Positions 58,258-64,000 of a stretch of 64,000 bases of DNA are shown piece by piece (the stretch's first letter is position 1; every line of letters starts with the position of its first letter). The notes under the pieces were generated by a model that saw only the letters and a list, made by a program, of their open reading frames with translations, was not told the origin of the DNA and searched no databases. The stretch covers positions 1 through 64,000 of the IMG/VR virus record IMGVR_UViG_3300025000_000083; one strand, written 5' to 3'. Source of the stretch: a virus. The position numbers and the translations under genes are program-made.

Positions 58258-60504
58258 TTAATAACTTCTCAGCGAACTGTAAGTGATCTTCTTTAAATAA
58301 TTGTCCATGGTGTACCCCTTTTCATCTATCTGTGCTATCTCATCAAATAATCCACGTGTGCCAAGTAATGCGTACCCCCCTGCTGTGAATAGGTCATAAT
58401 TAGTCATATCCTCCGGGCCATCAATATCCCTGCACTCCTCCAATATCTCAGTGTGATTCTCTATATCTGCTTCATTCTCAATCCATGTCATGTACTCTGT
58501 AAAGATGTCCTGTTTAGTGCGGTTTGCGGTGTCACCGGGGGTGTTGCTTATCTTGAATGAGTTCGGGTCCATCTTATAAAGCAAGTATCCCTGATAACCC
58601 CTGTCTCTGAAATAGTCCCACAGGAACGGCACGTCAATCTCAGGGAACATAGGCACTCCGAAATAGATGCACATCATCAACATATCCTCTCCATAGATGT
58701 TCTTGTCGTATGTCCTCTGAGCATAGGTGCAGGCAAACTTACGCTTCATCGCGAAGTCACCATCCTTTATCATCCCTTTCTTGACTACTGCACCACCTCC
58801 TTTGGACTTGCGATTTCCCTTGGTGATGTTGAACTTGAACGGGTCTCCTCCGGCTACTCCCCAATGGGCATTGGCAGGCTTCCACCCTTCCTCCTCGTCA
58901 CTCCAAAACTTCTTATTCGATTCATTGTCATTTAGCTGGTGGCTTATCCTGAATTTGCCCTGTGAATTAGCGACAAACTCCACCCTACTGTCCCTGATAT
59001 TTCCCTTCCATACAAGGTTGCCTACTGCTATATTTTGTCTGCTGAAGGATAGTTCATCAATATATGATTCGAGTTTGTTCATGTTGAACCCTGATGACTT
59101 GGCTGATGTGCGAAAACACTCTGCAAACCGTATCGGGAACTTGCGTATCTCCTCAGACAATGCCTCCTGATCACCCTTTGCGGAATAACTCTTTCTCTGG
59201 TTTAAGATGTACTCTTTTGCTCCAATGTCACTTCCGATGTACTCTCTCTGCTGTTTATTTGGTGTGTGGATGACACTCATTCCGTACTCATCAATGAACC
59301 CATCCAATCCATCATAGGCGGGTATAAACAATGTGGCAAGTCCTGACTCCGGCTGACCATTGGGGTTTCTCCGGTAATAATTACTCATCTCACACTGATG
59401 CTTAAACACACGACCTCCCCCTTTTTCCATCTCTCCAACAGTAGATGTCTTTATGGTGAACCCCTTGATGTTCACACCCTCTCCCAATGTCTCTTTTACT
59501 ACAAGGTGACGTGTCCAGCATGATAGTCCCTCGGTAAGTTTTCCCACCTCATCATCGTGGTGAAAATAGAGTTTCCATCCGTCATAAGCCCTTGGGTCTG
59601 CCACGGCATAGTTGATACTCGACTCCAATCCTAACTGAGACATGGACAATGAGCCACGTGATGAAAGTCTTGTGGACGGAGGTGCAAATGACAGTTCTGT
59701 TTTTGGTGATGTGGATCCTTCGTAAAGAGGTTTGAAGAAGAACGGCAGCTTCTTCCATGGCTGTACGAGATGAACCAGAAAACACGCTCTGGCAGCCTTG
59801 TCGTTCATCGACTGAATACCCCCTCTTGCATTGAGCATACGGCTTATGATCTCATAACCTATGCACTCAGCCTTGTATGTTGCTCCTTCACGTCTGTGCT
59901 TGGGATAGTTGAACCCATAGAATAACCTCCTCTTAAACTCTGTCCATTCATAGTTGCCTCTCTTATCTGTAATGGCAATACCATTGGCGTCACACTTGGG
60001 TGCTTTTGTCTCAGTATAAATCTTCCGTGCAAATAAAAAGAATCTCCTGTCCCTATCCCTATATTTTGGCAGTCCGACATCAATACTCCACCATCCACAA
60101 TAGAAATGATGCCATCCGTCAATATATGTAGGTACTCCGTTATTGTAAAACCAATAGCCATTAAGCCTCCTGTCCCATTGTAGTTTTATAAACGCAATTT
60201 CTTCCTCGTATATATCCTGATGTGCTTCCAGTTCTGCCCATATATCGTCAAGGGTTTCAAGTTTCGACTGCAGTTCTTTCAGTCTCTTTGGCATTTTGGG
60301 AGGATGCCACATCTGCTCTCTTGCAGGAAGTCCCCAGTTATCTATCAGGTGTGGCTCCGGTGGCTGTGGAAGGACTATCTCTATTGGGATAAGGTCTTTG
60401 TCATCGGTGTTCACAAATACGCTCTTTTCCGCATCCTGATACCCTGCCAATATCTGAGCATCAACCTCCTTGTAATATCGTTTTAAGAGTGCGAGTGAGT
60501 TCAT
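58258..60504 (-). CDS. terL: Terminase large subunit
   Basis: G.WF.N.G.PTYI.G.H, K.RR.G.T, DG.KL....DE.GK, STV, LFIPA, R.FP, G.DPF. Confidence 0.92.
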   Translation of the reverse strand: MNSLALLKRYYKEVDAQILAGYQDAEKSVFVNTDDKDLIPIEIVLPQPPEPHLIDNWGLPAREQMWHPPKMPKRLKELQSKLETLDDIWAELEAHQDIYEEEIAFIKLQWDRRLNGYWFYNNGVPTYIDGWHHFYCGWWSIDVGLPKYRDRDRRFFLFARKIYTETKAPKCDANGIAITDKRGNYEWTEFKRRLFYGFNYPKHRREGATYKAECIGYEIISRMLNARGGIQSMNDKAARACFLVHLVQPWKKLPFFFKPLYEGSTSPKTELSFAPPSTRLSSRGSLSMSQLGLESSINYAVADPRAYDGWKLYFHHDDEVGKLTEGLSCWTRHLVVKETLGEGVNIKGFTIKTSTVGEMEKGGGRVFKHQCEMSNYYRRNPNGQPESGLATLFIPAYDGLDGFIDEYGMSVIHTPNKQQREYIGSDIGAKEYILNQRKSYSAKGDQEALSEEIRKFPIRFAECFRTSAKSSGFNMNKLESYIDELSFSRQNIAVGNLVWKGNIRDSRVEFVANSQGKFRISHQLNDNESNKKFWSDEEEGWKPANAHWGVAGGDPFKFNITKGNRKSKGGGAVVKKGMIKDGDFAMKRKFACTYAQRTYDKNIYGEDMLMMCIYFGVPMFPEIDVPFLWDYFRDRGYQGYLLYKMDPNSFKISNTPGDTANRTKQDIFTEYMTWIENEADIENHTEILEECRDIDGPEDMTNYDLFTAGGYALLGTRGLFDEIAQIDEKGYTMDNYLKKITYSSLRSY

Positions 60505-61832
60505 TGTGGTGTCGATTTGCCATGCAAGGTATAACCTTCTTCGTCATGGTGACATGTGAGTGTCGTTATAAGATACCCTTTTTTGCCTGTTGCCTTCATC
60601 TCTGCTGCAAGCCTCTCCCATAGATCAGCATCGGCAGGATTGGCTTTCCCTGTTGCTTCAAACACATCCCTTGCCCTTAATTGGGTGTCGGAATACTTTA
60701 TACATGAACTCGAGCAGATCATTCCTCCGGGTACGGGAAGAAACTCAATCACCTGATCTGTTTTCGGAAGATATGGCAGGTGAATGTTTGAGTATGATGC
60801 CATGGTGCAGACAAACAGTGGATTCTTTTCTTCGATGACCTTATTGATCAACTCCAAGTGATTTGGTTCCCACCAATCATCATGGTCATGGTGACAGATA
60901 TAGTTTATCCCGTCCTTTAATGCCTCTGCAATGCCTGTTAATACTGCGGTGTTGCCACCTATGCTCCATAGTTCCATGCTCCCTGCCTGATACTTCTCAC
61001 GTTCTACTGCATGCGGAAGATTAATACATTTCACATTCAGATAAGGTGACACAACCGACTTCAACTCCTGATCATTTTCATAATGGTCTCCCATAACATA
61101 TACCTGATAGTTTCTGAATGTCTGCAGGCTGATCTTTGATAATGCACGGTTAAGGTATCCGGGTGTCTTACCATCCCTGCGCATATACGTGGAGATGACA
61201 ATGCCAATCTTCGGATTATTCTTTTTCAGGATGAAGCAATTACTATTGGTTATCTCTTTCGGAAATGCGCCTATCTCATTCTTTAATGAGCCAATGATCT
61301 CATATCCTCCCTGTAATGTTGTTAGCACCTTATCAACTGCAGGTCTTACTTCTGGACTGAATTGACTGTCAAGGTAGTCATCAAAAACTATGTATCCTCC
61401 TGCCTTGACTAATCCCGAATACATATTGAAGTCCTGAATGACATCATCAAATGAGTGTCCTCCGTCAATAAAGAGTATGTCAATACCATTTCCCCTGAGT
61501 GCTGTTCGTAACCTGTTGAAAACTGCATTATCATGTGAACTGCCCTGTATGTACTCAAATCGGTTTCCGAGAACATTGTGCCTTAAAACATTTGCTGTGG
61601 CGGTTCCTGGTGCTATGGGCATGCCTGTGTCAATTGAGAACACATTTGTATTGGGTCTCTGAGTCATAAGACACGCACTCGCTCCGGCATAGCATCCTAT
61701 CTCCACATAGTTTATTGTGCCGTGAAACAACCTTCCGATGTCATACAACACATGGAAATGATGGTGGAATGTCTTTATGGTTTTACTGATGTGCTCAGTC
61801 AGGATGACGGATTCTCTTGAATGGACTATCAT
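60501..61832 (-). CDS. SAM methyltransferase (Methyltransf_24-like) fused to a GT2-like glycosyltransferase
   Basis: VEIG...G.S, IDILFIDGGH, GGYIVFDD; IVI.TY.R, DHDD.W...HL. Confidence 0.85.
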   Translation of the reverse strand: MIVHSRESVILTEHISKTIKTFHHHFHVLYDIGRLFHGTINYVEIGCYAGASACLMTQRPNTNVFSIDTGMPIAPGTATANVLRHNVLGNRFEYIQGSSHDNAVFNRLRTALRGNGIDILFIDGGHSFDDVIQDFNMYSGLVKAGGYIVFDDYLDSQFSPEVRPAVDKVLTTLQGGYEIIGSLKNEIGAFPKEITNSNCFILKKNNPKIGIVISTYMRRDGKTPGYLNRALSKISLQTFRNYQVYVMGDHYENDQELKSVVSPYLNVKCINLPHAVEREKYQAGSMELWSIGGNTAVLTGIAEALKDGINYICHHDHDDWWEPNHLELINKVIEEKNPLFVCTMASYSNIHLPYLPKTDQVIEFLPVPGGMICSSSCIKYSDTQLRARDVFEATGKANPADADLWERLAAEMKATGKKGYLITTLTCHHDEEGYTLHGKSTPQ

Positions 61833-62530
61833 ACTATTTTGCGGTAGTTACATGTTTTTGTCTGATTGAAAATATTAGGATTGTTCTTTCTGAACTCATA
61901 GTACGGGTGTCCCTTCACATAATAGTCCCACGTCAGGTGATAGGCTTTACTGATCTTTGTCTTTACCCATTTAAGCCTCTTTGATGCACATGCCATGCGA
62001 AAATCATTGTCTAATGCTTTCGGGGCATTGAGCATTATGTCAAGATTCCTGTTCTTTAGAGTCATTAGATGCGCTCCTGTCAGACATTCCACATAATTAT
62101 TCCCAATAAAAGTCGGCTTTGGTAGCCAATCGGAAGGCTTTGCCAAATGATGCGGAAAATTAGTCATCTTTAAATCGACTGTGCACACTCCTATCTCCGG
62201 TCTCTCCAATATACCTCCCATCTCTGCAAAGGTGAATGTGATGTCGTCTATAAGTAAATCTCCATCGGTGAATGTGATGTATGAATACTGCCGGAGTAAC
62301 ATCTGATAGTCTTTCAGAAATCGCTTTACCGCATTATCCCCTATGTTTTCCTCAAACTGGACGTATCCTGCGAGTCTCTTATCCTTGAAATATGCCTCTA
62401 TCTGAGGACTGTTTGGACTTGGATTCTCAATGATGAAATAATCCACTGCATCCATATAAATGCTCTCAAAGCACTTAACGATATGTTCATAGTTATTAAA
62501 ACACCACAATATGCAGATGTGTTCTTTCAT
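61829..62530 (-). CDS. GT-A fold glycosyltransferase-like protein
   Basis: IIEN.S, FTDGDL, HLTWD. Confidence 0.6.
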   Translation of the reverse strand: MKEHICILWCFNNYEHIVKCFESIYMDAVDYFIIENPSPNSPQIEAYFKDKRLAGYVQFEENIGDNAVKRFLKDYQMLLRQYSYITFTDGDLLIDDITFTFAEMGGILERPEIGVCTVDLKMTNFPHHLAKPSDWLPKPTFIGNNYVECLTGAHLMTLKNRNLDIMLNAPKALDNDFRMACASKRLKWVKTKISKAYHLTWDYYVKGHPYYEFRKNNPNIFNQTKTCNYRKIV

Positions 62531-63156
62531 TTACTATGGTAATTTGACACGACCACCTTGGTTATCGGCTCGTATGTGAGTAGCGTATTGTTCTCAATAT
62601 CCTTATCCACAGTCATCCCCGCATGTATGCCATTATCCCTGCCAATTCGGATATGAGGTGCAACTGCTGTCCTTATGCCAAAGAAGTTATTGCAGTTTAC
62701 CGACACGTGGCCACAGAGTATTGTGGCTGACAGGACGTTGTTATTCCCCACCTTGCAGTCATGCCCGATTATTGACTGAGGACAAAAGTGATTGAAGTCC
62801 CCAATCTCAGTGTTTGCACCTATCATCACGTATGGATGTACAATATTGCCCTCTCCCATAACCGATGGCTCCTGAATTATTGCCAAGGGGTGTAATAGGT
62901 TGATGAACTTGCCTCCACGTGCCTTCATTTTCTCAATCATCTTCCACCGGAACTCAATGTTTGTCATCCCAATCACAAAGCGGTCATCCTCCTGTATCTC
63001 ATAACTGTCAATGTCTCCGAGTATGGGTTCCTTTAACTGGTATCGCTTCCAATATTTTTCGATGTTGTAATCAAATTCGAGATAACCTTTGATGTCCATG
63101 TCAAACCACTGCAGTTCTGATGCTACTGCACCTGTGCCTATGATGATTATGTTCAT
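62527..63156 (-). CDS. NeuD/PglD-like sugar acetyltransferase
   Basis: IIIG.G..A.E, LLHP.A, hexapeptide repeats, IGHD. Confidence 0.85.
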   Translation of the reverse strand: MNIIIIGTGAVASELQWFDMDIKGYLEFDYNIEKYWKRYQLKEPILGDIDSYEIQEDDRFVIGMTNIEFRWKMIEKMKARGGKFINLLHPLAIIQEPSVMGEGNIVHPYVMIGANTEIGDFNHFCPQSIIGHDCKVGNNNVLSATILCGHVSVNCNNFFGIRTAVAPHIRIGRDNGIHAGMTVDKDIENNTLLTYEPITKVVVSNYHSK

Positions 63157-63782
63157 GGTTTCGTGTATATGGGGAATTTACTGAGGTCTGGATATGGTAA
63201 TGTAATATTTGGCATAACCTTTTTGCTCCCATCGAGATTATAAAATTTTGCCATATTAAGCAATCCAAGACTTGCTATCATTGGATTCATATAGAAATTC
63301 CATCCCAAATCCGTAAAATTATCTTCATGGTAAGAAATTTCATTTCTCCCAGAGAAACGTGCTTTTTTAAACCACTCATAAGCATCCATGTCGTCTGTCA
63401 AAATACAACCACCCTTACCTAAATTCAAGTGTTTGAAAGCTCCGGTGAATGAACAACACATGAAATATCCCGGAACGTACATATCTGCGGTAAAGCATAA
63501 AGCAGAGTCTATTACGTTGACATCATGTAATTGATACCACCCTGTTAGGGTTTTTTCCCCTGTGTTATAAAATTTCACCGTTCCCCCTGCGTGAATTATT
63601 TCGCATGGAACGCTCATGTATGTGCGACAAGGGATGGATATCGTTAACCCTGTAATGTTTGCACATTTTAATGCAAGAAACAAAGCATTACTCTCATTAT
63701 CCGTGGTGACACAATACGGTGCTCCGGTGTATTTGGCAATCTCCAATTCAAATAGTTTAGTGACATTATGTGGATTCTCCAT
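63153..63782 (-). CDS. Short DegT/DnrJ-family PLP aminotransferase
   Basis: FE..IA.Y.G.PY, AL.LAL, IP..TY.S, DSA, SF...KHL..G.GG.I.TDD. Confidence 0.8.
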   Translation of the reverse strand: MENPHNVTKLFELEIAKYTGAPYCVTTDNESNALFLALKCANITGLTISIPCRTYMSVPCEIIHAGGTVKFYNTGEKTLTGWYQLHDVNVIDSALCFTADMYVPGYFMCCSFTGAFKHLNLGKGGCILTDDMDAYEWFKKARFSGRNEISYHEDNFTDLGWNFYMNPMIASLGLLNMAKFYNLDGSKKVMPNITLPYPDLSKFPIYTKP

Positions 63783-64000
63783 GGCATTTTTGTATTGTGG
63801 CTTCAATCAACTTAAAACTGATCAAGTTCCCGACTATCTCATCCGGTATGGTGATGTCAAACTCCCTTTCAAGGAATACTATGAGATGCATGTGGCGCAA
63901 TGAATCCCAATTCTCAATGGTGTCCTGATTCGACTTATCGGTAATCTGCTCCACGGGAACACCGAATGCCTTTGCCATAATCGCCTTTATTCTTTCATTC
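63766..64000 (-). CDS. Acyl carrier protein (start probably just outside the window)
   Basis: WDSLRHM.LI..LE.EF.I; frame open to the window edge (..NERIKAIMAKAF). Confidence 0.85.
   Translation of the reverse strand, partial: NERIKAIMAKAFGVPVEQITDKSNQDTIENWDSLRHMHLIVFLEREFDITIPDEIVGNLISFKLIEATIQKCHGEST

Noticed and set aside
10941-63903. Many short plus-strand ORFs in the track
   Set aside because: They are antisense shadows of well-supported minus-strand genes
1-64000. Genome-wide TAG recoding as in some crAss-like phages
   Set aside because: Long late genes are open in the standard code, and TAG ends genes at 10273, 28204 and 37617
1-64000. tRNA or rRNA genes
   Set aside because: No cloverleaf with a T-loop consensus was seen by eye; a tRNAscan run is needed to be sure

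Overview
The window is a 64-kb segment of a Bacteroidota-infecting tailed phage with a crAss-like (Crassvirales-related) virion module and standard genetic code. Almost all genes are on the minus strand. From right to left it carries: a sugar-modification cassette (ACP, DegT aminotransferase, acetyltransferase, glycosyl/methyltransferases); terminase, portal, scaffold and major capsid genes; an LRR tail fibre and three ring proteins; a muzzle/tail-stabiliser gene apparently split into three ORFs; internal proteins including a 2345-aa polyvalent protein; lysis genes; and a replication/recombination block (primase-helicase, YqaJ, RecT, RusA, minimal PolX, DUF3127, GroES). A small plus-strand early island, a control region with a dif-like site, and a DUF4373-type initiator with origin-like repeats lie at the left. 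Nine free-standing HNH/GIY-YIG endonuclease genes are present. The strongest novel signals are: (1) two families of covarying structured RNA leaders, each behind a TAnnTTTG-type promoter, in front of six endonuclease genes and the initiator gene; (2) the tripartite muzzle gene; (3) the XerCD dif-like site with an inverted partner and palindromes; (4) an in-frame amber codon in a gene that is followed by a structured RNA; (5) a YGxxIG motif shared across unrelated proteins. All family calls come from motif recognition by eye; no searches or folding programs were run.
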